A DNA stretch of 59,652 nucleotides from Burkholderiales bacterium (GCA_036398235.1 DASWHI010000140.1:1-59652); one strand, 5' to 3'; shown: positions 28,503-38,140, counted from the stretch's first letter. Program-made: numbers and translations. The notes: generated by a model from the letters alone, not told the origin.

Positions 28503-29435
28503 ATGCCCGCAAAGAGCAGGAAAGCCGTGGCACGGGTTGCGCCCAGGGCCCCCGCGCAGTCCACCACCCGGAATTACCGGGACATCCTGTACGAGGTGAA
28601 AGACCAGGTCGCCTGGGTCACGATCAACCGTCCGCGCGTGCTCAATGCTTTCCGCGAGCAGACGCTCGACGAGATGATCGACGCGCTCAAGTCCACCCGC
28701 GAAGACCCGTCGATCGCGTGCGCGGTGGTGACTGGCGCGGGCGATAAGGCGTTCTCCGCGGGCGGCGACTTCTACGCCATGAAGCGGTTAAATTTTGCGA
28801 ACGCCACTATGTGGAACGACCGCATGCTCGGGCTCGCCATGACCATCCGCGGGCTGCCGGTCCCGGTGATCGCCATGGTGAACGGCTGGTGCATGGGCGG
28901 CGGCCACGAGCTCGCGTTGTGGTGCGATCTCGTGATCGCATCCGAGAACGCAGTGCTGGGCCAGACCGGCGCCCGGGTCGGCGCCTGCCCGACGGTGGGC
29001 GCGACCCAGTACCTCCCGCGCCTGATCGGGGAGCGGCTCGCACGCGAGATGATCTTTTGCGCGCGCCGCTTCACGGCGAAGGAGGCGGTCGAGGTCGGGC
29101 TCATCAACAAGTGCGTGCCGCAGAAGGACCTGCGGAAGGAAACGCTCAAATGGTGCGAGACCATGAAGGGCCACAGCGCACTCACCCTCCGCATGACCAA
29201 GAAATCGCTCAATTTCGAGTCGGATAACCTCTATTCGTCGTGGCAGCACGGCATGGAGCTGCTCGCGCACGTATGGGGCTCGGAAGAGGCTAAGGAGGGG
29301 ATGAATGCGTTCCTCGCGGGGCGGCCGCCCGACTTCCAGAAGTTCCGCCTGCGCGCGAAGCGCGAGCTCGACGGCTACCTGCGCGGGCTGGATAAGAATC
29401 TGAACGAGCCGCCCGCCATGCGCAAGAAGGCGTGA
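28503..29435 (+). CDS. Enoyl-CoA hydratase/isomerase (crotonase) family protein
   Basis: VAWVTINRPRVLNAF, VVTGAGDKAFSAGGD and NGWCMGGGHELALWCD motifs. Confidence 0.85.
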   Translation: MPAKSRKAVARVAPRAPAQSTTRNYRDILYEVKDQVAWVTINRPRVLNAFREQTLDEMIDALKSTREDPSIACAVVTGAGDKAFSAGGDFYAMKRLNFANATMWNDRMLGLAMTIRGLPVPVIAMVNGWCMGGGHELALWCDLVIASENAVLGQTGARVGACPTVGATQYLPRLIGERLAREMIFCARRFTAKEAVEVGLINKCVPQKDLRKETLKWCETMKGHSALTLRMTKKSLNFESDNLYSSWQHGMELLAHVWGSEEAKEGMNAFLAGRPPDFQKFRLRAKRELDGYLRGLDKNLNEPPAMRKKA

Positions 29436-29462
29436 CCGGTGACCGGTGACCAGTGAGCGGTG
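29432..29462. repeat. Heptanucleotide tandem repeat (GTGACCG x4)
   Basis: gtgaccg gtgaccg gtgacca gtgagcg, spanning the crotonase stop codon. Confidence 0.85.
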
Positions 29463-29467
29463 TTCCG

Positions 29468-30673
29468 ATGGCTACTGACCGTTCAGCGGGCGCCCTCGAG
29501 GGACTTCGTGTTCTCGATCTGACGCGCATCCTCGCGGGGCCGCTGTGCACGCAGATGCTCGGCGACATGGGCGCCGACGTGATCAAGGTCGAGCCGCCCG
29601 GCGCGGGCGACGACACCCGCACCTGGGGTCCGCCTTTCGTCAATGGCGAGTCGGCGTACTTTCTCGGCGTCAACCGCAACAAGCGCTCGCTGACGCTCAA
29701 CATGGGGGTGAAGGCGGGCCAGGAAGTTCTCGCGCAGCTCGTGAAGAAGGCCGACGTGCTGGTGGAGAACTTCAAGCTCGGCACGCTCGAGAAGTGGGGC
29801 ATCACGAACGCGTGGCTGGAGAAAAACGCGCCGCGCGTCATCCGCTGCTCGATCACCGGCTACGGGTCGAGCGGGCCCGACGCGGCGCTGCCCGGCTACG
29901 ACTTCATCCTGCAGGCCGAGTCCGGGCTGATGAGCATTTGCGGCGAGCCGGACGGCACGCCCACCAAGTACGGGGTCGCCATCGTCGACGTGGTGACCGG
30001 CCTCTACTCCTGCAACGCGATCCTCGCCGCGCTCGCCGCGCGCAGCCGCACGGGCCGCGGCCAGCACGTCGAGTTGTGCCTCTACGATTCGGGCATCGCG
30101 ATGCTGATCAACGTCGCCTCGAATTACCTGGTCACCGGCCGGGACGCGCGCCGCTACGGCAACGGCCATCCCAGCATCGTTCCCTACACGACCTACCCGA
30201 CCGCCGACGGCCTGATCGCGGTGGCGGTGGGGAACGACGGGCAGTTCGCGCGGTTCGCGGAGACCGTCGGGCGCGCCGAATGGGGGCGCGATCCCCGTTT
30301 CGCGAAGAACCCGGATCGCGTGACGAACCGCGAGGCGCTCGACGCCTCGATCGCGCAGGCATTGAAGCGCGAGCCGTCCGCGGCGTGGATCGGGAAGTTG
30401 CGCGCGGCCGGCGTGCCGTGCGGCCCGATCAACAGCGTCGCCGAGGCGCTCACCGACCCGCACACGTTGGCGCGCGGGATGGTGCGCTCCGTGAAGCATC
30501 CGAAGGTGGGCGATCTCAAGATGGTCGGCATGCCGTTTCGCTTCAGCGGCACGCCCGAGGCGATCCGGCGCGCGCCGCCGCTCCTCGGGCAGCACACCGA
30601 GGAGGTGCTCGGCGCGGAGCTGGGACTCTCCGCCGAGCGCATCGCGCAGCTGCGTGCCGAGAAAGTCGTCTAA
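29468..30673 (+). CDS. Family III CoA-transferase (CaiB/BaiF)
   Basis: LEGLRVLDLTRILAGPLCTQMLGDMGADVIKVE signature. The GTG at 29453 is an alternative start. Confidence 0.85.
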   Translation: MATDRSAGALEGLRVLDLTRILAGPLCTQMLGDMGADVIKVEPPGAGDDTRTWGPPFVNGESAYFLGVNRNKRSLTLNMGVKAGQEVLAQLVKKADVLVENFKLGTLEKWGITNAWLEKNAPRVIRCSITGYGSSGPDAALPGYDFILQAESGLMSICGEPDGTPTKYGVAIVDVVTGLYSCNAILAALAARSRTGRGQHVELCLYDSGIAMLINVASNYLVTGRDARRYGNGHPSIVPYTTYPTADGLIAVAVGNDGQFARFAETVGRAEWGRDPRFAKNPDRVTNREALDASIAQALKREPSAAWIGKLRAAGVPCGPINSVAEALTDPHTLARGMVRSVKHPKVGDLKMVGMPFRFSGTPEAIRRAPPLLGQHTEEVLGAELGLSAERIAQLRAEKVV

Positions 30674-30688
30674 TCCCCCGCTCCGCTG

Positions 30689-30785
30689 CCCCCTTTGTCA
30701 AAGGGGGCGACGAGGTGAGGGGGTCGACGAAGGCGGGGAAAACACCACCCCCTTTAGCAAAGGGGGTCGACGAAGGCGGGGGGAT
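30689..30785. repeat. Two tandem CCCCCTTTG/AGCAAAGGGGG hairpin units
   Basis: ccccctttgtcaaagggggcgacgaggtgagggg and ccccctttagcaaagggggtcgacgaaggcgggggg. Confidence 0.8.
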
Positions 30786-30787
30786 TT

Positions 30788-31216
30788 ATGATTACCGGAC
30801 TGTCGCACGTATCCATCGCCGTGCCGAGCCTGGAAGCGGCGGCGCAGCGGCTGAAAGAGATCTACGGCCTCGAGGCCGGCGCCGTGAAAGTGAACGAGGA
30901 GCAGGGCGTACGAATGGCCTACGTCGAGCTCCCGAACGCGCGCATCGAATTGATGGAGCCGTTGCGCCCGGACTCGCCGATATCGAAGTTCCTCGAGAGA
31001 AACCCCGCGGGCGGCATCCACCACATTTGCGTCAATGTCAACGACGTCGCCGCGGCCGGCGCCGGGCTCGCGCGGAAGGGAGTCCGGATCCTCGGGGAGG
31101 GCAAGGAGAGCCGCAACGTGCACGGCGAGCGCATCGCGTTCGTGCATCCCAAGGACTTCCTGGGCGCCCTCCTCGAGCTGGAGGAGAAGCGGCTAGGAAC
31201 TGGCAGGGCGCTGTAG
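30788..31216 (+). CDS. Methylmalonyl-CoA epimerase / VOC-family protein
   Basis: LSHVSIAVPSLEAA...IELMEP...SPISKFLERNPAGGIHHICVNV...FVHPKD pattern. Confidence 0.75.
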   Translation: MITGLSHVSIAVPSLEAAAQRLKEIYGLEAGAVKVNEEQGVRMAYVELPNARIELMEPLRPDSPISKFLERNPAGGIHHICVNVNDVAAAGAGLARKGVRILGEGKESRNVHGERIAFVHPKDFLGALLELEEKRLGTGRAL

Positions 31217-32056
31217 CGCCGCGCGCGCGCACGGGAAATCGTCCGCGCGCTCCCGGAACGGCAGCGCGAGCATGGGCAAGAACCGGGCGCAAACGGCCGG
31301 ATCGCGCGTGTCGCGGACGCCGATCGTGATCGCTTCGTGGCCGGCCCGCGGCGCCGCCCGGTAGGTGCCGAACAGGCGGTCCCACCACGACAGGAAAAAT
31401 CCGAAGTTGCTGTTGATCTCCTCGGGCACGATCGAATGATGCACGCGGTGCATGTCGGGGGTCACGACGAGGAGCCGCAGCGCCCGATCGACCGCTCCCG
31501 GCATGCGGACGTTGCCGTGGTTGAACAGCGACCCCAGGTTGAGCGCGAGCTCGAACGCCAGGACCGCCGCGGCCGGCGCGCCCAGGGCGAGGACCGCGGC
31601 GAACTTGATCATCAGTGACAGGACGATCTCGACGGGGTGGAAGCGCAGCCCGGTGGTGACGTCGAAATCGAGATCGACGTGGTGCATGCGGTGCAGGCGA
31701 GCGAGCACGGGCACGCGGTGGAAAGCGACGTGCTGGATCCAGATCACCAGGTCGAGCGCGAGGAATGACGCCACGAACGCGAGCGGCGCCGGCACGGCGA
31801 GGGCATTGAACAGGCCCCACTGGCGCTCGCCCGCCGCGAGCGCCATGCCCACGGTCGCAGTCGGGAAGAGCACGCGCACCAACCCCACGTTGAGCAGCGT
31901 GACGCCGAGGTTCGCCACCCAGCGCTGGGCCTTCGGCAGGCTGAGCGCCCGGCGCGGCGCCGCGACCTCCCACGCCGCCATCAGCGCGAACACCCCCGCG
32001 AACGCGGCAAAGCGGATCGTAGCTTCGTGCTCGACGAGAGAAAGACCGATATCCAT
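31193..32056 (-). CDS. Fatty acid hydroxylase / sterol desaturase superfamily membrane protein
   Basis: Histidine boxes HVAFHR, HRMHHVD and HRVHHS. Multi-TM. Confidence 0.8.
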   Translation of the reverse strand: MDIGLSLVEHEATIRFAAFAGVFALMAAWEVAAPRRALSLPKAQRWVANLGVTLLNVGLVRVLFPTATVGMALAAGERQWGLFNALAVPAPLAFVASFLALDLVIWIQHVAFHRVPVLARLHRMHHVDLDFDVTTGLRFHPVEIVLSLMIKFAAVLALGAPAAAVLAFELALNLGSLFNHGNVRMPGAVDRALRLLVVTPDMHRVHHSIVPEEINSNFGFFLSWWDRLFGTYRAAPRAGHEAITIGVRDTRDPAVCARFLPMLALPFRERADDFPCARAALQRPASS

Positions 32057-32156
32057 ATTTCGTGCAGGCCGGTTAGTATGACACGTGCGCGCAGCCGGGC
32101 GTTCGATTGATCACCTTTGTGGAAATGGTTGACACTCCATTTCCGCACTGTACTTT

Positions 32157-32193
32157 TCCCCTCGCCCCCTGGGAGAGGGGGAAGGGGTGAGGG
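32157..32193. repeat. G/C-rich palindromic repeat
   Basis: ttcccctcgccccctgggagagggggaaggggtgagg. Confidence 0.8.
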
Positions 32194-33290
32194 TCGCGCG
32201 GCGAATTGATTACCAGGACGAGGAACCCGTGGTCGACACCCCCACAGCAAACCGCATCCCGGCAGCACGGCTCGAGGCCTTCATCGCACGCGCGTTCGAG
32301 GCGGTGGGCATCTCGGCAGCGGAATCCACAATCATCGCCACGCTCATGACGCGCGCCGACCTGCAGGGCTCCGAGGGGCACGGCGTGTTCCGGCTGCCCC
32401 AGTATATCCGCCGCATCCGGGGCGGGGCGGTCAACGTGAAGCCCGCGATCCGCGTCGAGCAGGAGGCGGCCGGCATGGCGCTGGTGAACGGCGACAACGG
32501 CATGGGGCACCTCGTGATGCGCTTCGCGACGGAGAAGGCGATCGAGAAGGCGAAGACCGCCGGCGTCGCCTGGGTCGGCGTGAAATGGAGCAACCATGCG
32601 GGACCGGCCTCGCTCTACGCCGCGATGCCGCTCGAGCACGACATGATCGGGCTTTACCTCGCGGTGGGAAACGCCAACCATCTGCCGCCGTGGGGCGGGC
32701 TCGACATGCTGCTTTCCACCAACCCGGTCTCGGTCGCGGTGCCGGCCGGCGCGGAACCCGCGATCGTGCTCGACATGGCGACCACGGTCGCCGCCTACGG
32801 CAAGGTCAAGACCAAGGCGCAGCGCGGGGAAACGATGCCCGAGGGCTGGATGATGGACCGGCAGGGCCGGCCGCTCACCGATCCGGGCCGCGCGAACGAA
32901 GGCTTCCTGCTGCCCATCGGCGGCTACAAGGGCTACGGCCTCGCGCTCGTCTTCGGCCTGCTCGCGGGGACGCTGAACGGCGCGGCGATGGGGAAAGACG
33001 TGGTGGACTTCAACGCCGACGATACGACCGCCACCAACACCGGGCACGCCATCGTGGCGATCAACGTGGAGGCCTTTCAGCCGGTCGCGGAATTCAAGAA
33101 GAGCGTCGACACGCTGGTCCGCGACCTGCGCAACTCGGAGCGCCTGCCGGGCGTGGACCGCATCCGCCTGCCGGGGGAGGGCAGCCATGCCGCGCGCGCC
33201 GACCGGGAGAAGAACGGCATTCCGCTGCCCGCGCCCCTTGCCGCAAGCCTGCAGGCGCTCGCCCAGGACTTGAAGATCGCTCCGCTCTGA
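32187..33290 (+). CDS. Ldh_2-family (malate/L-lactate/ureidoglycolate type 2) dehydrogenase
   Basis: GHGVFRLPQYI, NHAGPASLYA and GYKGYGLALVFGLLAG motifs. The listed GTG start lies inside the repeat, so the true start may be downstream. Confidence 0.75.
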   Translation: MRVARRIDYQDEEPVVDTPTANRIPAARLEAFIARAFEAVGISAAESTIIATLMTRADLQGSEGHGVFRLPQYIRRIRGGAVNVKPAIRVEQEAAGMALVNGDNGMGHLVMRFATEKAIEKAKTAGVAWVGVKWSNHAGPASLYAAMPLEHDMIGLYLAVGNANHLPPWGGLDMLLSTNPVSVAVPAGAEPAIVLDMATTVAAYGKVKTKAQRGETMPEGWMMDRQGRPLTDPGRANEGFLLPIGGYKGYGLALVFGLLAGTLNGAAMGKDVVDFNADDTTATNTGHAIVAINVEAFQPVAEFKKSVDTLVRDLRNSERLPGVDRIRLPGEGSHAARADREKNGIPLPAPLAASLQALAQDLKIAPL

Positions 33291-33364
33291 CGCCAGTGAC
33301 CGGTGACCGGTCTCCGACCCGCCAGCCACGAACCACCGTCCACGGAATCTCCTGGAAGGTCCGC

Positions 33365-34357
33365 ATGATCTTCTGGCTCGCTCTTGCTGCCGCGACCGCC
33401 TGGCTGCTGTGGTACATGGTCAAGGTCCCGGGCGCTTCCTACGCCGGTGCGCTGAAGCCGCTCACCGGTGAGGAGCAGCTCATCGCCGCCAATGTGCGCC
33501 GCCACATCGCGGCGATCGCGAGCCGCGAGCACAACGTATTCCACGCTGCCGAGCTCGAAGCCTCGGCTCTATACATCGAGAAGACTCTAACCGGCCTGGG
33601 GTATGCGACCGCGGCGCAGCGCTACACGGTGCCGGAAAGCCAGCTGGTGTCGAGACCGGCCGAGGTGCGCAACATCGAGGTGGAGGTGCGGGGAGGCGCG
33701 CGGGCATCCGAAATCGTGATCGTTGGCGCCCATTATGATTCGGTGCTCGGCGCACCCGGGGCGAACGACAACGGCTCGGGGGTAGCCGCGGTGCTGGAGC
33801 TTGCGCGCCTGCTCAAGGATGCGAAGCCGGCACGCACGCTGCGCTGCGTGCTGTTCGTCAACGAGGAACCGCCGTTCGACCAGACCGCCGCAATGGGCAG
33901 CCGCGTCTACGCGCGGCGCTCGCGCGAGCGGGGCGAGAACATCGTCGCGATGCTCTCTCTGGAGACGATCGGCTACTACTCCGACGCTTCGGGCAGCCAG
34001 CGCTATCCCTTCCCGTTCAGCCTGTTCTATCCGTCGACCGGCAATTTCATCGCCTTCGTCTCGAACCTGTCGTCGCGCGCGCTGTTGCACGAGTCGCTCG
34101 CGTCCTTCCGCCGCCATGCGGCGTTTCCGTCCGAGGGCGTGGCGGCGCCCGCCTTCATCCCGGGCGTGGACTGGTCCGACCACTGGTCGTTCTGGCAGGA
34201 GGGCTGGCCGGCGCTGATGGTGACCGACACCGCACCTTACCGCTACCCCCATTACCACACGGCCGGGGACACGCCGGACAAGGTGGACCACGAGCAGCTC
34301 GCGCGGGTGGTCAGCGGGTTGCACCGGATGCTGCTGGACCTCGCTCAGGCTCCGTGA
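33365..34357 (+). CDS. M28-family metallopeptidase with N-terminal anchor
   Basis: Internal ATG (MIFWLALAAATAWLL). VGAHYDSV and GANDNGSGVAAVLELAR zinc-ligand motifs. Confidence 0.8.
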   Translation: MIFWLALAAATAWLLWYMVKVPGASYAGALKPLTGEEQLIAANVRRHIAAIASREHNVFHAAELEASALYIEKTLTGLGYATAAQRYTVPESQLVSRPAEVRNIEVEVRGGARASEIVIVGAHYDSVLGAPGANDNGSGVAAVLELARLLKDAKPARTLRCVLFVNEEPPFDQTAAMGSRVYARRSRERGENIVAMLSLETIGYYSDASGSQRYPFPFSLFYPSTGNFIAFVSNLSSRALLHESLASFRRHAAFPSEGVAAPAFIPGVDWSDHWSFWQEGWPALMVTDTAPYRYPHYHTAGDTPDKVDHEQLARVVSGLHRMLLDLAQAP

Positions 34358-34446
34358 CGAGCGATCGCGGCATCCGCCCCCGTGACGCAGGTCACGGCGG
34401 GTACCGCGGGTTGCCTCGGTCTGCACGCTGGGGCTAATCTTCCGCC

Positions 34447-35892
34447 ATGCAGGTCTTCTACCCGCGCTCCTTCCCGAGGCTGCTGGCGGTCGGGTTCACG
34501 TTGGTTGCATTGCCGCTGGTGTTCGCGCTCGTCAACAACGCTGTTTCGGTGGACCGCCTCGCCAATCGCAGCCAGAACGCAGTCTACCGGGCCGCGCAGG
34601 CCACTCAGAGCGGGCGCCGCCTTGCGCAGCAGTTGACCGCGCTCGAGCGCACCGCGCGCCAGATCGTGATCCTCCACGACCGCTCGCTGCTCGACACCTA
34701 CGCGGCGAATCGCCGGCAGTTCGAGCAGGCGGTGGCGGAGTTCGCGAACCTGCCGCTTGACCCGGAGCAGAAGCTGGCGCTCGAGCGCATTGTGCGCGGC
34801 GAGGCGGCGGTCTTCACCGCGCTTTCCGGGGCCGGCCCGAAGAGCCCGGAGGCGGGCGCCGCGGTCGAAAGCTTTGCCGGGCTCGCCGAGCAAGCGCAAT
34901 TCCTGGTTGCGCGATCCAACGCGCTGATCGACCGCGAAGTCGAGGCGATGCGTGAAACCGCCGACCGCGCCCAGCGCATCACGTTCTGGCAGCTGCTCGC
35001 GCTGGTGCCGGTGGTGGTGTTCCTGGTGATCGGGTTCTCCATCCTCATCACGCGCCCGATCCGCCAGATCGACGCGGCGATCCGCCGTCTGGGCGGCGGC
35101 CAGCTCCAGGTGCCGGTCGCGGTCAACGGGCCGCAGGACCTGGAGCAGCTCGGCGAGCGGCTGGAGTGGATGCGGCGCGAGCTGCTCGATGTCGAGCAGC
35201 AGAAGAACCGCTTCCTGCGCCAGGTTTCGCACGAGCTGAAGACGCCGCTCACGGCGCTGCGCGAAGGCGCAGAACTTCTGTCCGAGGAAGCAGTCGGAAA
35301 GCTGACACCGGAGCAACGGGAGATCGCGGAGATCCTGCGCCACAACAGTGTAGAATTGCAGAAGCTGATCGAGGACCTGCTTTCGTTCGGCGCGAGCCAG
35401 TTCCGCAAGGTCACCGTGGACCTCGGGCCGGTGGATATCCGGGAGGTGATCGGGCGCGTGGCCGATGATCAGCGGCTCGCGATCAGGGCCCGGAACCTCA
35501 CCCTCGACATCGCTGCCGAAGACGTGATGATCCCCGCGGATTCCGAAAAATTGCGCGTCGTGCTCGACAACCTTCTCTCCAATGCCGTGAAATTCTCGCC
35601 GCCGGGGGGCGTCATCGGCGTCGCCGCGCGCTACGACGGGGATGCGCTCGAGCTCGACGTGACCGACCAGGGTCCGGGGATTCCGCCCACGGAGCGGACG
35701 CGCATCTTCGATCCCTTCTACCAGGGGGGCCACACCGGCGCGGGCCCGGTGCGCGGCACCGGCATCGGGCTTTCGGTCGTGAAGGAGTACGTGTTCGCCC
35801 ACGGCGGCAGCGTGGAAGTCGTGGACAGCGGGCGCGGCGCCCACCTGAGGATCCGGCTCCCGCTCATCCGCGCGGAGACCGCCGCGTCGTGA
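34447..35892 (+). CDS. Sensor histidine kinase (TM-periplasmic-TM-HAMP-HisKA-HATPase), QseE/GlrK-like by architecture and synteny
   Basis: H-box RFLRQVSHELKTPLTAL, N-box LDNLLSNAVKFSP, G-boxes DQGPGI and GTGIGLSVV. Confidence 0.85.
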   Translation: MQVFYPRSFPRLLAVGFTLVALPLVFALVNNAVSVDRLANRSQNAVYRAAQATQSGRRLAQQLTALERTARQIVILHDRSLLDTYAANRRQFEQAVAEFANLPLDPEQKLALERIVRGEAAVFTALSGAGPKSPEAGAAVESFAGLAEQAQFLVARSNALIDREVEAMRETADRAQRITFWQLLALVPVVVFLVIGFSILITRPIRQIDAAIRRLGGGQLQVPVAVNGPQDLEQLGERLEWMRRELLDVEQQKNRFLRQVSHELKTPLTALREGAELLSEEAVGKLTPEQREIAEILRHNSVELQKLIEDLLSFGASQFRKVTVDLGPVDIREVIGRVADDQRLAIRARNLTLDIAAEDVMIPADSEKLRVVLDNLLSNAVKFSPPGGVIGVAARYDGDALELDVTDQGPGIPPTERTRIFDPFYQGGHTGAGPVRGTGIGLSVVKEYVFAHGGSVEVVDSGRGAHLRIRLPLIRAETAAS

Positions 35893-35946
35893 CGAACCGC
35901 ATCTCAGTTCCCGTGCAAATGACTGACAGCATATTTGCACCTCGGC

Positions 35947-36054
35947 CCCCTCATCCCATGCCCTTCTCCCAAGGGGAGAAGGGGATCTCGAGCCTCCCCT
36001 CTCCACTCGGGAGAGGGGCGGGGGTGAGGGATGGAGGGGCGGGGGTGAGGGATG
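35947..36054. repeat. Cluster of G/C-rich palindromic repeats
   Basis: cccttctcccaaggggagaagggg, cctcccctctccactcgggagaggggcgggggtgaggg, and a duplicated ggggcgggggtgagggatgg. Confidence 0.8.
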
Positions 36055-36557
36055 GGCGTCGTCAAGCATTTCTACGACGCTCATTGATCCTGCTCGGATT
36101 CGGCTGCGTGGCGGTTCTCGCGGGTTGTGGCGTCGTGAAGATGGTCGAGCCCATGGAGCGGGCGCCGTGGGTGCGGCCGGGCTCGCCCCAGCCGGCCTCG
36201 GACGTCGAGAGCCTGCTGCTCTATTTCCAGCACATCAGGACGCTCACCGGCCCCGAAGCCGGCCGCGAGCACGAGGCGGCGCGCCAGGCCTACGCCCGCT
36301 CGCGCACGGATTTCAACCGCATCCGGCTCGCCATGATCCTGTCGCTTCCCGGCACGACATTCACCGACGAGGCGCGCGCGGTGAGTCTGCTAGAAACCGT
36401 GGCGAAGCACGATGGCGGGCGGCTGCAGGGGCTCGCCGCGGCGCTCGGCGCGAGCCTGAAGGAGCAGCAGCGGCTTGCCGCCAGCGCCCAGGAGCTGCAA
36501 CAGAAACTTGACGCCCTGAAATCGCTCGAACGCAACCTGATCGAAAGGAGCAAATGA
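36045..36557 (+). CDS. Small lipoprotein between kinase and regulator (QseG/YfhG-like by position)
   Basis: GTG start inside ORF 35889..36557. Lipobox LAGC and a C-terminal coiled coil (LKEQQRLAASAQELQQKLDALKSLERNL). The start is uncertain; the GTG at 36024 is also in frame. Confidence 0.55.
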   Translation: MRDGRRQAFLRRSLILLGFGCVAVLAGCGVVKMVEPMERAPWVRPGSPQPASDVESLLLYFQHIRTLTGPEAGREHEAARQAYARSRTDFNRIRLAMILSLPGTTFTDEARAVSLLETVAKHDGGRLQGLAAALGASLKEQQRLAASAQELQQKLDALKSLERNLIERSK

Positions 36558-37906
36558 GCGTCCCGCGCGCCAGCATACTGGTGGTCGACGACGATCCGGA
36601 TCTGCTGCGGCTCATGCAGATTCGGCTGACCTCCGCCGGCTACGCCGTTTCCACTGCCGAGAGCGCGGAGCGCGCGCTCGCGCAGGTGAGCGCCACGCGC
36701 CCGCAGCTGGTGGTGACCGATCTCCGGATGGGCGGCATGGACGGCATGGCGCTGTTCGAGGCGATCCGCAGCGGGCACCCCATGCTGCCGGTCATCATTC
36801 TGACGGCGCACGGCACGATTCCCGACGCGGTGTCCGCGGTGCAGCGCGGCGTGGCGGGCTACCTGGCGAAGCCCTTCGACCCCAAGGCGTTGCTGACGGT
36901 AGTGGAGCGCGCCTTGGCGACGACAGGCGGCCCCCGGGCACCCGGCGAAGACGGGGAGGAATGGCGCCGCGAGATCATCACGCGCAACCACGCCATGGAG
37001 GACGTGCTGGGGAAAGCGCGGCTGGTTGCCGAGAGCGCCGCGAGCGTGCTCATCTACGGGGAGTCGGGGAGCGGGAAGGAGATGGTGGCGCGCGCCATCC
37101 ACAAGGCGAGCCCGCGGCGCGACCGCCCCTTCGTCGCGATCAACTGCGGCGCGATCCCCGAGCAGCTGCTCGAGTCGGAGCTCTTCGGGCACGTGCGGGG
37201 CGCCTTTACCGGGGCCGTGCGCGACCACAAGGGGCTGTTTCTGACCGCCAACCAGGGGACGCTGTTTCTCGATGAGATCGGCGACATGCCGGTCTCGCTG
37301 CAGGTGAAGCTGCTGCGCGTGCTGCAGGAGAGAAAGGTGCGGCCGGTCGGCTCCACCGACACGCATGACGTGGACGTGCGCGTGATCTCGGCGACCCACC
37401 GCAACCTCGAGGCGGAGATGGCGGCGGGAAACTTCCGCGAGGACCTCTATTACCGGCTGAACGTGGTGGCGCTCTCGATCCCGCCGCTCGGCGAGCGGCG
37501 CGAGGACATCCCGCTGCTCGCCGGCCACTTCCTCGGCCTGCTCGCCGCGAAGTACCACAAGACCGTCAACGGATTCGCCCCGGAAGCGATGGAGCTCCTG
37601 GTCGCGGCCGCCTGGCCCGGCAACGTTCGCCAGCTCTACAACGTCGTCGAGCAGTCGGTCGCGCTTGCGACGACGCCCATCATCCCGGTGTCGCTCGCGC
37701 AGCAGGCGATCCAGAACCAGCAGGCGGAATTCTCCTCGTTCGAGGAGGCGCGGCGCCGCTTCGAGCGCGAGTACCTGACCCAGCTCCTTAAGATCACCGA
37801 GGGCAACGTCACGCAGGCGGCGCGGCTCGCCAAGCGCAACCGCACCGAGTTCTACAAGCTGCTCGGGCGGCACCAGCTCGATCCCAAATTGTTCAAGTCG
37901 AAGTAA
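36554..37906 (+). CDS. Sigma54-dependent response regulator (REC-AAA+-HTH), GlrR/QseF-like
   Basis: REC domain (ILVVDDDPDL...VVTDLRMGGMDG), Walker A GESGSGKE, GAFTGA loop, C-terminal HTH NVTQAARLAKRNRTEFYKLL. Confidence 0.9.
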   Translation: MSVPRASILVVDDDPDLLRLMQIRLTSAGYAVSTAESAERALAQVSATRPQLVVTDLRMGGMDGMALFEAIRSGHPMLPVIILTAHGTIPDAVSAVQRGVAGYLAKPFDPKALLTVVERALATTGGPRAPGEDGEEWRREIITRNHAMEDVLGKARLVAESAASVLIYGESGSGKEMVARAIHKASPRRDRPFVAINCGAIPEQLLESELFGHVRGAFTGAVRDHKGLFLTANQGTLFLDEIGDMPVSLQVKLLRVLQERKVRPVGSTDTHDVDVRVISATHRNLEAEMAAGNFREDLYYRLNVVALSIPPLGERREDIPLLAGHFLGLLAAKYHKTVNGFAPEAMELLVAAAWPGNVRQLYNVVEQSVALATTPIIPVSLAQQAIQNQQAEFSSFEEARRRFEREYLTQLLKITEGNVTQAARLAKRNRTEFYKLLGRHQLDPKLFKSK

Positions 37907-37922
37907 GACGGATTTCGGCTCC

Positions 37923-37940
37923 TGTCGCTGCGCCGCGACA
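37923..37940 (+). promoter_or_regulatory. Candidate enhancer (UAS) palindrome TGTC-N10-GACA
   Basis: tgtcgctgcgccgcgaca, a perfect TGTCGC/GCGACA dyad about 130 bp upstream of the sigma54 promoter. It matches the GlrR-site consensus as I recall it. Confidence 0.5.
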
Positions 37941-38027
37941 GAAAAACCCCTGCCGAATCACCCCGCTAGGCCTGTCGTAGCGGGCCGCGTTACCTGGGGG
38001 CGACACTCGGGCCCGCATCGGCTGCGC

Positions 38028-38040
38028 TAACTGATTGATA
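38028..38040 (-). promoter_or_regulatory. Candidate IHF site
   Basis: The minus strand reads TATCAATCAGTTA, which fits WATCAANNNNTTR. It lies between the UAS and the promoter. Confidence 0.45.
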
Positions 38041-38058
38041 AGACGTAATAATGCTGCC

Positions 38059-38073
38059 TGGTACGGCCATTGC
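38059..38073 (+). promoter_or_regulatory. Sigma54 (-24/-12) promoter
   Basis: TGGTACGGCCATTGC fits TGGYAY-N5-TTGC with exact GG/GC spacing. The AAAGGAG RBS and the ATG at 38141 follow. Confidence 0.65.
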
Positions 38074-38140
38074 GCCTGACTCCGGAGCTCCCGTTCCGTG
38101 CGGGCTGTTCTTCGGTTGTGGCTTGAGAAAGGAGCGTTTG

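Noticed and set aside
35947-36054. Possible CRISPR array, suggested by clustered short palindromic G/C-rich repeats.
   Set aside because: The units are not identical and are not regularly spaced by unique spacers. The same family is scattered singly across the window, and no cas genes are present.
34345-37873. 579-aa and 527-aa minus-strand ORFs opposite the kinase and regulator genes.
   Set aside because: Low-complexity R/A/G/E-rich translations. The plus-strand genes have H-box, Walker and GAFTGA motifs.
37971-37992. Second GlrR-type enhancer site (tgtcgtagcgggccgcgtta).
   Set aside because: Only the TGTC half is present and there is no GACA at N10. It is not counted as a site.
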